A DNA stretch of 64,000 bases from Acidobacteriota bacterium (GTDB taxonomy: Bacteria > Acidobacteriota > Terriglobia > Bryobacterales > UBA6623), in NCBI GenBank assembly GCA_027592785.1, contig JAQCLD010000003.1:96-64095 (forward strand). Direction: 5' to 3'. The position numbers and the translations under genes are program-made. The notes under the pieces were generated by a model that did no database searches, was not told where the DNA came from, and was given only the letters and a program-made list of their open reading frames with translations. Below, one piece after another: positions 44,316 to 55,995 of the stretch (positions are counted from its first letter, which is position 1; every line of letters starts with the position of its first letter).

Positions 44316-45853
44316 TGAGCCTCTCCTTCGCTCGCCGCTGCAGGCTGAAAGTCCTTGGGGTAATACAATGCGACGTTCCTGTTCTCGGGAGTGAAGTATT
44401 TGCGCGCGACGCGCTGAATATCTTCAGGGGTGACGGCTTGAATGCGTTCGGAGAAACGGTTAATGTTCTCCCACTGCCCGAGCGCTTCGTACTGCAAGAG
44501 CTGAGTCATCAGACCGCTCTTCGATTCCAGGCGCCGAAAGTCGGCGGCCAGCTGCTGGTTCTTGATCTTTTGCAATTCGCGGTCGGTGACGAGCTCGTTT
44601 TTGAGAATCTCCATTTGATCGTAGAGGCCTTGCTCGAGTTCCAGCAGCTTGGCGGGGTCTCGGGCGATGCCTACGAGTTCGAACATGCCGTCGTATTTGA
44701 GGCCATTGACGCCTCCGCCGGCCTGAACGGCGAGCTGCTTTTCGAGCACGAGAGACTTAAAGAAGCGTCCCGTGCGCCCGTTAAGAATACTGCCGAGAAC
44801 GAGTAGGGGCGGCTCATCGACATTGGCGTCGGGCACGGTGTGGAAGCGTGCGCGCACCATCGGTCGCGTCTCTGCGTAGGCGATCAGGCGCTTCTCGGCG
44901 AGTTGCTTGATCTCGCGGGTGCGCATTGGGGGCGGAGGTTTAGCGCCGCGCTGCAAGCGGGCCAGGTACTTGTCCGCCAGCGCCTTGGCGTCATCGGGCT
45001 TGAAGTCGCCGACGAGAACCATGGTGAGGTTGTTCGGGGCGTAATAGACATTCCAAAATTCCAGCGCCTCTTCCCTCGTAATGTTCTCCACATCGTTGGA
45101 CCAGCCGACGACGGGCCACGAGTAGGGGGACGCCATCCAGAACATGGCCTCGAACTGCTCGTTGATCTTGCCGGTGGGAGTGGAATCGGTGCGCAGGCGA
45201 CGCTCTTCGCGGACCACGTCGCGCTCGGCGTAGAACTCGCGGAAGACCGGGTTGGCTAGGCGATCCGATTCCATCCAGAACCAGAGTTCTAGTTTGTTGG
45301 AGGGAACGTTGACGAAGTAGGCGGTCATGTCATTGCTGGTGAAGGCGTTCATGCCCGAGCCGCCTCCGGAGGTGTAGATGCGAGTGAACTCGTCTTTGAC
45401 CAGCAGCTCGCTCTGAACCCTGAGCAGCAGGTCGAACTCGCTCAGCAATTCCTTGTGCCGATCGCTGCGATTCCCCGGCGCGGTCGGATCATCGATCGCG
45501 CCGATACGGTAGGCCTCGGTGAGCTTCGCTTCCTCTTCACGGATCTGCCCCTTGATCTCATCGAGCTTGGCGATGATTTCGAGGTCGCGATCGATATCCG
45601 TCGTGCCGATGGCGTGGGTGCCCTTGAACATCATGTGTTCGAATAGGTGGGCCACGCCGGTGATGCCTGGCCGCTCATTGACCGAACCGACCCTGGCCAC
45701 CCATCCGCAGGCGATGTTGGGATCCCCCTCACGCGGAACGAGCAACAGGCGCATCCCGTTTTCGAGGACGTACTCCTGAACCTGGACCTCCTGGGCCGGA
45801 AGCAGCCCGGCGGAGCCGAGCAAAAGAAACAGGGCGAGCAGTCGAGTTCTCAT
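44312..45853 (-). CDS. M16-family zinc peptidase (pitrilysin/insulinase type)
   Basis: 513 aa ORF with a signal peptide. The inverted zinc motif HLFEH is in GVAHLFEHMMFKGT, followed by a downstream E. Confidence 0.92.
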   Translation of the reverse strand: MRTRLLALFLLLGSAGLLPAQEVQVQEYVLENGMRLLLVPREGDPNIACGWVARVGSVNERPGITGVAHLFEHMMFKGTHAIGTTDIDRDLEIIAKLDEIKGQIREEEAKLTEAYRIGAIDDPTAPGNRSDRHKELLSEFDLLLRVQSELLVKDEFTRIYTSGGGSGMNAFTSNDMTAYFVNVPSNKLELWFWMESDRLANPVFREFYAERDVVREERRLRTDSTPTGKINEQFEAMFWMASPYSWPVVGWSNDVENITREEALEFWNVYYAPNNLTMVLVGDFKPDDAKALADKYLARLQRGAKPPPPMRTREIKQLAEKRLIAYAETRPMVRARFHTVPDANVDEPPLLVLGSILNGRTGRFFKSLVLEKQLAVQAGGGVNGLKYDGMFELVGIARDPAKLLELEQGLYDQMEILKNELVTDRELQKIKNQQLAADFRRLESKSGLMTQLLQYEALGQWENINRFSERIQAVTPEDIQRVARKYFTPENRNVALYYPKDFQPAAASEGEAQ

Positions 45854-45905
45854 GGCTTGTCTTGATTATGACGGCCAACAAGCGGAATTGGTCACCCGCT
45901 AATCG

Positions 45906-46742
45906 TCAGACGCTGAGAACGGGGCAATGAGAGGAGCGAATGAGGTCGTAGGCATCGCTGCGGAAATCGTCACCGGCGCCGCGGCCGATGACCAGCAAGT
46001 CGAGCTTCTTGTCAACGACCAGTTCCGCGGCCTTGGCGATCAGATCGCCGGTTTCGACGATACAGGCGGCTTCGACATTGACCCGCTCGAGCAGTTCTTG
46101 CAGGCGGCGGCGGGCGGAGCGCTTGATCGCAGCACCGAAATCGGCCACTGGCGCTTCGTCGACATGGAAGCCGGGGGCCACGTGAATGACGGTGAGGTCG
46201 GCACGGTAGGCGCGAGCGAAATCAAAAGCGTCTTGCAACACCTTGTCGCTACGTTCGCGCAGATCCAGCAGGCAGCCAATGCGGTAGTAAGGGAAGCAGG
46301 CGTCGGGCATCTCCTTGGCGTGCGCGCCGGTGAGCACGGGACAGGCCGCGTCGTGCAGCACCTTGGCGGTATTCGAGCCGATCAGGTAGGGCCGGAACGG
46401 ACCTTCCCCGCTGGTCGGCATGATGACCAAATCGACGCTGCGTTCTTCCACTAGGCGACGGACCGCAGCGTCGACATCGCCGCTCAAAACGATCTCTTCG
46501 CAGGCCGATTCTGGGGCTTCTCGCGCAGCGACCTGAGACAACTCCGCCGCCGCATACGCCTCCCGCTCTCCTAGAGACTCTTGCCCGCGAAACTGGGCGA
46601 AGCCGGACTCGGACTTGGGCACGACGTGCAGCAACAGCAGCTTGGCGCCGAAACGATCGGCGATCGAAGCGGCTTCGCGCACCGCAAATCGTGACTGATC
46701 GGAGAAATCAACGGGAACCAGAATCGTCGTAATGGGAGACAT
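45906..46742 (-). CDS. Tandem universal stress protein (UspA family)
   Basis: 278 aa ORF with two Usp halves. The halves begin ILVPVDFSDQSRFAV and end ...DLVIMPTSGEG and ...DLLVIGRGAGD...HCPVLSV. Confidence 0.88.
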   Translation of the reverse strand: MSPITTILVPVDFSDQSRFAVREAASIADRFGAKLLLLHVVPKSESGFAQFRGQESLGEREAYAAAELSQVAAREAPESACEEIVLSGDVDAAVRRLVEERSVDLVIMPTSGEGPFRPYLIGSNTAKVLHDAACPVLTGAHAKEMPDACFPYYRIGCLLDLRERSDKVLQDAFDFARAYRADLTVIHVAPGFHVDEAPVADFGAAIKRSARRRLQELLERVNVEAACIVETGDLIAKAAELVVDKKLDLLVIGRGAGDDFRSDAYDLIRSSHCPVLSV

Positions 46743-46782
46743 GCCTCACTCCTAACGTAACCGTAGCAGGCGGGGCGCCAAC

Positions 46783-49329
46783 TCACTCGTGGCGCAATGC
46801 TTCGAGCGGTTTTTGATCAAGAACACGGTAGCTGGCCAGCCAACCCGCAAGATTGGCCACTGCCGCGGTGGCGACAACGGTGGTTAGATTGGCGGCAACA
46901 TCGAAGTCGAAGCTGGCGTCCAGCACATTCGTCAACAGCAAGAAGGCGAAACCTGAGGCCAACAGACTGCCCATGGCGCCGGCGACGAGGCCGAGGATCA
47001 GGAACTCCACGGCGAAAATTTGAGCCACCTTGCGGCGGGTGGCCCCTAGCGTTTTCAAGATGGCTGTTTCGCGGATGCGTCGAAATCGGGTGGCGACCAC
47101 GCTGGACGACAAAATGATGATTCCGCCGAGGATCGAGAAAGCGGAAACGAACTGGACGACCAGGGCGATCTGATCCACGACATCCTGGACGATCGACAGG
47201 ACATCGGCGGCGTTGATGAGCATCACGGTGGGGAATTTCGCGAACGCGTCACGCTGCAGCTCGACCGCTTTCTCAGGGGCGATTCGCACTCCGCCGAAGT
47301 AGATCGCGGGACGGCCTTCGAGCGCCTCGGGGCTCAGCGTGAAGTAGGCGTTCGAGCCCATGCGGATCGACTCCATACGGACAATCGCGGCGACTTTGGC
47401 GGTGACCGCGTCGGCGCCCACAATCCACTGCAGTTCGTCGCCTACGGAAATGTCGAGTGTTTCGGCGGCATCGTCTCGCACTGCGACGGCGGCGCCTTGG
47501 CGGTCCGGTCCCCACCAGGCCCCCTGGAGCACTTCGTATTCCTCGGGCTGCTCTTCGAACGAGGTGATGCCGCGACTGGCGCGGAAGCGATGCGCGTTCT
47601 CGTCGAGATTCCTGTCGGCAAGGTCCTGGCCGTTAATGGAGTGCAGCCGGGCGGCGACCGAGGGCACGAGTCCGACGTCGCCCTCGACTCCGGGATAGTT
47701 TCGGAGCAGGTCTAGCAGGCCATCGCGCTCGACGTTCGTGACGTTGATGAGGAACACGTTGGGCATGTCGGGCGGCGCGCTGCGAGCCATCTGAGTGATG
47801 ACGGAAGTCTGGATGAGGTAGATGGAGAGGGTGAAAGTGACGCCGACTCCCAAGGCGACTAGGATGGCCTCGGCGTGGACCCCGGGGCGGTAGAGATTGG
47901 CGATGCCGTGGCGCACGGCCATGGGCAAACGGAAGGGCAGCCATCCGGGAAGGCGTCTCAAGATCCGGAGCAATATCCAGGCGGTCGCCGACAACACGGC
48001 TAGGCTGACGATGAGGCCGCCCGCAAACCACATCCCCAACTGAACCGAATCCCCTAGCCAGGCGGCTGTCGCTGCTAGACCGGCGGCGATCAACAGCCCG
48101 ACGCCGGCAGAGCTTCTGCGGTCGGCAAACTTCTCTCGCCAGCTTTTGCGGACGCCTTCCATCTCGCGGCGGAAGATGAGCGCGGGGCGAATCCGGCGAA
48201 TGGACAGCAATGGCGGCAGACTGAACAACAGCGTGGTCAGGATACCGATCAGCATGGCCTGCGCAGCAGCAGAGGGTTGCCACTCGAGGCGTGGAGCATC
48301 GGGGAAGTAGCTGACGATGAACCAGGGAGCGCCAACCTGAACGAGAAACCCCAGGAACACGCCGAGCAGACTGCCGGCTACTCCGAGCCCCAAGGCCTGC
48401 GCAAAGTAGATGCGGATAATCTGCGATGAACGGGCCCCGACGCACTTCATGATTGCGATGGTGTCGAGACGCTGCTGCAGGTGCGAGTGCATGGCCATGC
48501 CGACGCCGAGGGCGCCGACTATCATGGCCACCAAACTGACCAGGCTCAGAAAGTTGGTGGCTCGATCGAGGCCGCGGCGGATGGTTGGGTGGGTTTCGCG
48601 AAAATCGGCGATACGGTTGCGTCGGAAGGTGGCTTCGAGGCGCTCGCGGGCGGTCTCGATAGAGAGACCTTCGGCCGGCAGCTTGAAGAGATAGCGCTGC
48701 GAAGCGCGGCTGCCGCGGACGATCAAGCCGCTGCGGTCCAGCGCTTGGTGGCTGAGCATAACGCGCGGGCCCACGTTGAGGCTGCCGGTCATCCGATCGG
48801 GTTCGACGGCGATGGTTGCGGCGATGGTAAAAAGTGCGTCGCCTAGCTTGACCTGATCGCCGACCACAGCGCCAAGCCGCAGCAGTAAGTCGTCGGTGAC
48901 GATGACCGTGTCGGCGTCTAGGATCGCGGCGGGGTCGGCAGCGGGGCGGGTCTCCAGGCGTCCATAAAACGGATAGAGCGAGGGATCGACGGCCTTCACG
49001 GAGACCATCAGCGGGCGATCGCCGGTGGACATCATCGAGACTGTCTCGGTGACCAGGGTTACCTGCGCGCCATCGGCGGCCAAGGCGTCGATCGCCGCTT
49101 GTTCGTCGCGGTCGGGGAGGCTGAACAGGCGCAGCGATAGGTCGGCAGCCATGAGCGTTCGCGCGTCGCGCAGCAGCATGTCGCGAAAGGAAGCGGAAAA
49201 GCCCCGGACTCCGCTCAAAGCTCCGACTCCGGCGGCGACGGCGAGGATGACGAACAGGAATTTGACCGCGGATGCGCGCGATTCGCGCCAGGCGATCTTG
49301 AGCGCGCTACGCCACAGACGGGGAAGCAT
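46783..49329 (-). CDS. YbbP-like duplicated FtsX ABC transporter permease
   Basis: The track ORF reaches 49368. The ATG at 49329 ([16 protein letters not shown]) aligns better with YbbP-type N-termini and reduces the overlap with the ATPase gene to 23 nt. It has two FtsX 4-TM modules. Confidence 0.88.
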   Translation of the reverse strand: MLPRLWRSALKIAWRESRASAVKFLFVILAVAAGVGALSGVRGFSASFRDMLLRDARTLMAADLSLRLFSLPDRDEQAAIDALAADGAQVTLVTETVSMMSTGDRPLMVSVKAVDPSLYPFYGRLETRPAADPAAILDADTVIVTDDLLLRLGAVVGDQVKLGDALFTIAATIAVEPDRMTGSLNVGPRVMLSHQALDRSGLIVRGSRASQRYLFKLPAEGLSIETARERLEATFRRNRIADFRETHPTIRRGLDRATNFLSLVSLVAMIVGALGVGMAMHSHLQQRLDTIAIMKCVGARSSQIIRIYFAQALGLGVAGSLLGVFLGFLVQVGAPWFIVSYFPDAPRLEWQPSAAAQAMLIGILTTLLFSLPPLLSIRRIRPALIFRREMEGVRKSWREKFADRRSSAGVGLLIAAGLAATAAWLGDSVQLGMWFAGGLIVSLAVLSATAWILLRILRRLPGWLPFRLPMAVRHGIANLYRPGVHAEAILVALGVGVTFTLSIYLIQTSVITQMARSAPPDMPNVFLINVTNVERDGLLDLLRNYPGVEGDVGLVPSVAARLHSINGQDLADRNLDENAHRFRASRGITSFEEQPEEYEVLQGAWWGPDRQGAAVAVRDDAAETLDISVGDELQWIVGADAVTAKVAAIVRMESIRMGSNAYFTLSPEALEGRPAIYFGGVRIAPEKAVELQRDAFAKFPTVMLINAADVLSIVQDVVDQIALVVQFVSAFSILGGIIILSSSVVATRFRRIRETAILKTLGATRRKVAQIFAVEFLILGLVAGAMGSLLASGFAFLLLTNVLDASFDFDVAANLTTVVATAAVANLAGWLASYRVLDQKPLEALRHE

Positions 49330-50038
49330 GGGCGTTACTCGCACTTGCGGAGAACTCGTCTGCGACAATCTCGCCGTCTTGGAGGGTGATGACGCGGTCC
49401 GCTCGATTGGCCAGGGATTCGTCGTGAGTCACCAAGACCAGGGTTGTGCCTTCTTGCCGATTCAGCTGCTCCAACATCTCGAGAACGTGGTCGCCATTGG
49501 CCGTATCGAGGTTGCCGGTCGGCTCGTCGGCGAGGATCAGCGGCGGACGGGAGACAAACGCGCGAGCCAGGGCGACGCGCTGCTGCTCACCGCCGGAGAG
49601 CTGGATCGGATAGTGGTCATGGCGGTCGGCCAGGCCGACGGAATCCAATAGCTCACGAGCCCTGTCTACGCCGCCGTCGCCTTCGCCGACCAGGTCGAGC
49701 GGAAGCAATACGTTCTCCTCTGCGGTGAGCGTAGGAACGAGTTGATAGGACTGGAAAACGAAGCCGACCTTGCGGGCTCGCAGGACGGCCATGCGGTCCT
49801 CATCCAAGTGGCTGATCTCTTCGCCGTCGATGAAGACCGAACCGCTTGTGGGGGAGTCTAATCCGGCCAACAGACCCAACAAGGTGCTCTTGCCGCTGCC
49901 CGATGGGCCGCGAATGGCGGCGAACTGCCCGCGGGGAATGGCGAAGTCGAGACCACGCAGGATACGGACCTCATGTGTGCCGCTGTGGATGGTCTTGACG
50001 AGGCTCTTGACCTCCAAGATGGGCGTGGAATTCGACAC
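49307..50038 (-). CDS. ABC transporter ATP-binding protein (YbbA/LolD-like)
   Basis: 243 aa ORF. Walker [10 protein letters not shown], signature [14 protein letters not shown], and Walker [13 protein letters not shown]. Confidence 0.94.
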   Translation of the reverse strand: MSNSTPILEVKSLVKTIHSGTHEVRILRGLDFAIPRGQFAAIRGPSGSGKSTLLGLLAGLDSPTSGSVFIDGEEISHLDEDRMAVLRARKVGFVFQSYQLVPTLTAEENVLLPLDLVGEGDGGVDRARELLDSVGLADRHDHYPIQLSGGEQQRVALARAFVSRPPLILADEPTGNLDTANGDHVLEMLEQLNRQEGTTLVLVTHDESLANRADRVITLQDGEIVADEFSASASNAHASPSVA

Positions 50039-50068
50039 GGTCGGGGGAAAGAATTAGTATGACATGCA

Positions 50069-50764
50069 GTGGGAAAACTGCTTTCTTTCGTTACAGTTCT
50101 GGCGCTGGCCGGCTGCTCGGCGGCTCCGGCGCCGCCGCCCGAGGCAACGCCGCCCGTTGTTCGCGTGAGCGCGCCCGAGGTTCCAGCCGATGCGGCCATC
50201 ATCGTCGCCTTCGGCGACAGTCTGACGGCCGGGCTGGGCTTGGCGCCGGAAGACAATTATCCGTCGCTGCTGCAAAACTCGCTGCTCGAACAAGGCTTCC
50301 CCTATCGCGTGATCAATGAGGGCGTCAGCGGCGACACGTCGGCGAGCGCGTTGGCGCGAGTGGACACGGCGGCGTCCGAGCATGCCGAGTTGGCGCTGAT
50401 CGCCATCGGGGCCAACGACGGGCTACGCGGTTTGCCGATCGACGAGATGGAGAAGAATCTCAGAGAGATTGTGAAGCGCTTCGCAGCGGCCGGCAGCCAG
50501 GTCGCGCTGGCGGGAATGCGCATTCCGCCCAACATGGGACCTGAGTATGTGCAAGATTTTGAAGCGGTTTTCCCGCGGGTAGCGCAAGATATGGAGATAC
50601 CGCTGCTGCCGTTCCTGTTGGAAGGCGTAGCGGCGGATCCGAATCTCAATCAGGACGACGGAATTCATCCGAATGAAGAGGGAGCTCGAATGGTTGCAAA
50701 ACTTGTAGCAGACTTTGTGAAACCTCTTCTGAGGCGCAGAGAAAAAAAAGCGGAGACGGAATGA
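50069..50764 (+). CDS. tesA: SGNH/GDSL arylesterase-lysophospholipase (TesA-like) lipoprotein
   Basis: 231 aa ORF with a GTG start. Lipobox LALAGCS. Block I IVAFGDSLTAG, and block V DDGIHPN. It is divergent from the ybbA-like gene, as in E. coli tesA-ybbA-ybbP. Confidence 0.88.
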   Translation: MGKLLSFVTVLALAGCSAAPAPPPEATPPVVRVSAPEVPADAAIIVAFGDSLTAGLGLAPEDNYPSLLQNSLLEQGFPYRVINEGVSGDTSASALARVDTAASEHAELALIAIGANDGLRGLPIDEMEKNLREIVKRFAAAGSQVALAGMRIPPNMGPEYVQDFEAVFPRVAQDMEIPLLPFLLEGVAADPNLNQDDGIHPNEEGARMVAKLVADFVKPLLRRREKKAETE

Positions 50765-51279
50765 TCCGCACCACGTTGCTCTACGCCCTGTTGGGGCTGC
50801 TAGCGCTGGGGGCGGCGTACGTTGCCCTGGCGGCAGTCCAAGGCCGCAAACAGGCGCTGGCGTTGGTCTTTGGTTCGGCCCAACACGAGCCGGTGGACTT
50901 CTCAACACTGAAGCTAAAAGATACGCCGAACCAGTATTTGCTTTGTCCTGAAGGCTATTGCGAGGCCCCAGCGCATGCGGTCGCGCCGAATTTTCCGGTT
51001 CCGGTGCAGGAGCTTCAGGACGCTTGGTTCGAGTTGGTCGCGGCACAGCCTTCGACTCGTGTCATCGCCAGCGATGAGGACGCGCGACAGTTCGATATTG
51101 AGACGCTGACGCCGCTGGTCGGCTTTCCCGATACGATCACGGTGCGGTTTCTGGAGACGCCCGATGGGGGCTCCACGATGGCCATCTACAGCCGCTCTTT
51201 TTACGGGAAGTCGGACTTAGGGGCCAATAAGAAACGCCTCGATGCCTGGTTAGGGCAATTGGCCGTTAGGTTGGGCTGA
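50761..51279 (+). CDS. DUF1499 family protein
   Basis: 172 aa ORF overlapping the tesA-like stop by 4 nt. It has an N-terminal TM, and C-terminal YSRSFYGKSDLGANKKRLDAWL resembling the DUF1499 SR.G.SDLGVN motif. Confidence 0.72.
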   Translation: MIRTTLLYALLGLLALGAAYVALAAVQGRKQALALVFGSAQHEPVDFSTLKLKDTPNQYLLCPEGYCEAPAHAVAPNFPVPVQELQDAWFELVAAQPSTRVIASDEDARQFDIETLTPLVGFPDTITVRFLETPDGGSTMAIYSRSFYGKSDLGANKKRLDAWLGQLAVRLG

Positions 51280-51322
51280 AAACGGCTGATATGATGACCA
51301 TGGCTTTGAGCTGAGATCTGCT

Positions 51323-53206
<1,884 letters not shown>

Positions 53207-53274
53207 CGTCACTAACCGACTGAATCAGTTGGTTATAATTGTCGTCTTGCCCCTGTGTGGGCTCCACAAAAAAC

Positions 53275-54726
53275 ATGAGTGAAGCAAAACGTTTTCCTAA
53301 CTACATCGCTGGCGAGTGGGTCGAAGGCGGCCAAACGTTCGAGAATCGCAACCCCGCCAACCAGGACGATCTAGTCGGCCTGTTTTCGAAGGGCTCCGCG
53401 GCGGATGTGCTGCGGGCCGCCGACGCGGCCGAGGCTGCCTTTGCCTCCTGGTCGAAGATGCCCGCTCCTGCGCGCGGCGCATTCCTGTTCAAGGTGGCCG
53501 ACATTCTTGAGAAGAATCTCGACAGCCTGGCCAAGGAGATGACCCGCGAAGAGGGCAAGACCTTTCCCGAAGCGAAGGGCGAGACGATGCGGTCGATCAA
53601 TATCTTCCGCTACTTCGCCGGCGAAGGATCGCGGATGGGCGGCCACTTAGTTCCCTCCGAGCGTCCGGGCGTGTTCATGTGGGCGCAGCGCAAAGCGATT
53701 GGCGTCGTGAGCCAAATCAACCCCTGGAACTTCCCGAGTGCAATTCCGGCCTGGAAATTGGCTCCGGCGTTGATTGCAGGCAACACCGTGCTGGTAAAGC
53801 CTGCTTCGGCGGCGCCGTTGTCCGCGTGGCGGATCATCGAAGCTTGCCATCAAGCGGGCATCCCCAAGGGCGTCGTGAACTTCATTGCCGGGTCGGGCGG
53901 CGAAGTCGGCAAGGCAATGGTGGACGCTGAGCCGGTCAAGGCTGTTTCGTTCACCGGTTCCTGCGAAGTCGGTCACGGGCTGCATGCAAGGGCTTCGGCT
54001 CGGCGATTGCGGATTCAGCTGGAGATGGGCGGCAAAAATCCGACGATCGTGCTGAACGACGCGATCCTAGCTGACGCTGTCGGCGCGGTCGTAAACGCTT
54101 CCATGTTCTCGACTGGCCAGAAGTGCACGGCGACAAGCCGCGTGATCGTCGAGGCAGGCATCTATGACGATTTCGTCGCGGCAACGGTCAAGGCCGTAAA
54201 GGCGCTCAAGGTTGGCGACGGATTAGCAGACGGCGTCCAGATTGGACCGGCTATCGACAAGAGCCAACTGGATATCGACCTCAAGTACTGCGAGATCGCC
54301 AAGGAAGAAGGCTGCACGATCGAGTGCGGCGGCAGGATTCTCAATGAGGGTCCGCTAGCGAAGGGCTTCTTCTTTGAGCCCACGGTCATTACCGGCGTCA
54401 CGAACTCGATGCGCATCGCCCGCGAAGAAGTATTTGGCCCGGTGCTGGCCGTCATCAAGGCGAAGGACTTCGACGAAGCGATGTCAATCGCCAACGATAC
54501 GGAGTTCGGTCTGTCTGCGTCGATTCAGACGCAAAATACGGCGCGCGTGTTCGAGTTCATCAACAACATCGAGGCTGGCCTGGTGACAGTCAATCTGCCG
54601 AGTGCGGGCGTCGAGTATCAGCTTCCGTTCGGCGGCACCAAGGGCTCCAGCTTCGGTCCGAAAGAACAAGGTCCGGCGGCGCTGGACTTCTACTCGGATT
54701 GGAAGACCATCTATCTCAAACCGTAA
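53275..54726 (+). CDS. NAD(P)-dependent aldehyde dehydrogenase (alpha-ketoglutarate-semialdehyde dehydrogenase-like)
   Basis: The track ORF starts at 53239. I prefer the ATG at 53275 (MSEAKRFPNYIAGEWV). Catalytic Glu in LEMGGKNP and Cys in FSTGQKCTATSR. Confidence 0.93.
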   Translation: MSEAKRFPNYIAGEWVEGGQTFENRNPANQDDLVGLFSKGSAADVLRAADAAEAAFASWSKMPAPARGAFLFKVADILEKNLDSLAKEMTREEGKTFPEAKGETMRSINIFRYFAGEGSRMGGHLVPSERPGVFMWAQRKAIGVVSQINPWNFPSAIPAWKLAPALIAGNTVLVKPASAAPLSAWRIIEACHQAGIPKGVVNFIAGSGGEVGKAMVDAEPVKAVSFTGSCEVGHGLHARASARRLRIQLEMGGKNPTIVLNDAILADAVGAVVNASMFSTGQKCTATSRVIVEAGIYDDFVAATVKAVKALKVGDGLADGVQIGPAIDKSQLDIDLKYCEIAKEEGCTIECGGRILNEGPLAKGFFFEPTVITGVTNSMRIAREEVFGPVLAVIKAKDFDEAMSIANDTEFGLSASIQTQNTARVFEFINNIEAGLVTVNLPSAGVEYQLPFGGTKGSSFGPKEQGPAALDFYSDWKTIYLKP

Positions 54727-54799
54727 GTACGGTGGGGTTCGGCAGAAATCAATACCGGGCGGGCGCGCCAAGCGTCCGCCCGTTTAAGTAGGCAAGTTC

Positions 54800-55645
54800 A
54801 TGAAACTCACACAAGTCCATCAAGGCGACCAGCTGGTTGCGGCGATCGTGGAAGGCGACAAGTTCCGCTTGATTCCGGGGCAAACGACGGCCTCGCTCAT
54901 CGTGCAGGCGGAAATCTCGGGAAAATCCCTTGCGGCGATCGCGGCGGCGCTGGCGGTCGACAAACTGATCGACGCCAAGGCGGGCATTCCGATCACGCCG
55001 TCTGAGGTTTGGGGAGCGGGCTGCACCTATGCCCCCAGCGCGGAATTTCGCGATACGCAAGTCGGCGGGGACGAGGGCATGTACGCCTACGTGCACAACA
55101 CCGACCATCGACCGGAGTTATTCGAGAAGGGCGGCTCGCGGGTTTGCGTGGGGCCGGGCGAAGGCATCGGCATTCGCAGCGATTCGAAGTTCACGGCTCC
55201 CGAGCCGGAGCTGGCGCTGGCGCTGAACTCCAAGGGCGAGATTCAGGGCTACATGCTGGGCAACGACGTATCGGCGTGGGATATCGAGCGGGAGAACGCT
55301 CTCTACCTGCCACAGTCGAAGGTTTTCGATCGCTGCGTCGCGCTAGGCCCCGTGCTGGTCACGCCTGACGAGATAGCCAACCCGTATGAGTTGCAAATGA
55401 CCTGCACGATCACGCGCGGGGCTCAGACAACTTTTTCCGGATCATGCTCCACCAACCAACTTCGTCGTAAATTTGAAGAGTTAGTGAAATATCTTTTGCA
55501 GTCGAACACGGTGCCCGCGGCTACGGTTCTGTTTACGGGTACGGGGATCATCGTCACCCAAGAAGCGGCGCTTCAGCCGGGCGACGTCGTGTCAATCTCC
55601 GTGCCGGAAATCGGTACTCTAGCCAATCCGGCAGTTATCGTATAG
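54800..55645 (+). CDS. Fumarylacetoacetate hydrolase (FAH) family protein
   Basis: 281 aa ORF. The C-terminal FAH fold pattern is FTAPEPELALALNSKGEIQGYMLGNDVSAWD...GTGIIV...GDVVSISVPEIGTLANP. Confidence 0.85.
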   Translation: MKLTQVHQGDQLVAAIVEGDKFRLIPGQTTASLIVQAEISGKSLAAIAAALAVDKLIDAKAGIPITPSEVWGAGCTYAPSAEFRDTQVGGDEGMYAYVHNTDHRPELFEKGGSRVCVGPGEGIGIRSDSKFTAPEPELALALNSKGEIQGYMLGNDVSAWDIERENALYLPQSKVFDRCVALGPVLVTPDEIANPYELQMTCTITRGAQTTFSGSCSTNQLRRKFEELVKYLLQSNTVPAATVLFTGTGIIVTQEAALQPGDVVSISVPEIGTLANPAVIV

Positions 55646-55668
55646 AATCGTCCGCACGAGGCTAAGGC

Positions 55669-55995
55669 ATGAGCTACGAACACGCTAAGAACGATCCGAT
55701 CGCTGAAGCGGAGATCGTCGTTGCACGCGCCGAGGAAGAGAACGATGTCCGCGATCCGCGACTTGTTGAGCTCTACCTCGACACGGATGAGCTGTATCGC
55801 TGGTACGAGGAAGACGCGGCAACCGAATTCGCCTCGGACTCCCTTGTGGGGGCTCTTGAAGAAGCCACCGGGGCCTGGGACGGCTTTCAGCTAGTCGAAC
55901 TGCGAGGCCGCGCCGTCGAACCCGACGAGGAAGTCGAAGAAACCTACGCGGCCGATGAGATCGTCGAGATGGACGACGACTTCGACGACGACTAG
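55669..55995 (+). CDS. Highly acidic hypothetical protein
   Basis: 108 aa ORF starting 23 nt after the FAH gene. By my count 37 residues are Asp/Glu, and the tail reads EMDDDFDDD. I recognise no family. Confidence 0.55.
   Translation: MSYEHAKNDPIAEAEIVVARAEEENDVRDPRLVELYLDTDELYRWYEEDAATEFASDSLVGALEEATGAWDGFQLVELRGRAVEPDEEVEETYAADEIVEMDDDFDDD

Noticed and set aside
49330-49368. Longer start (49368) for the YbbP-like permease
   Set aside because: It would overlap the ATPase gene by 62 nt. The Met at 49329 aligns with the conserved N-terminal WR...W motif region. The evidence is weak and either start is possible.
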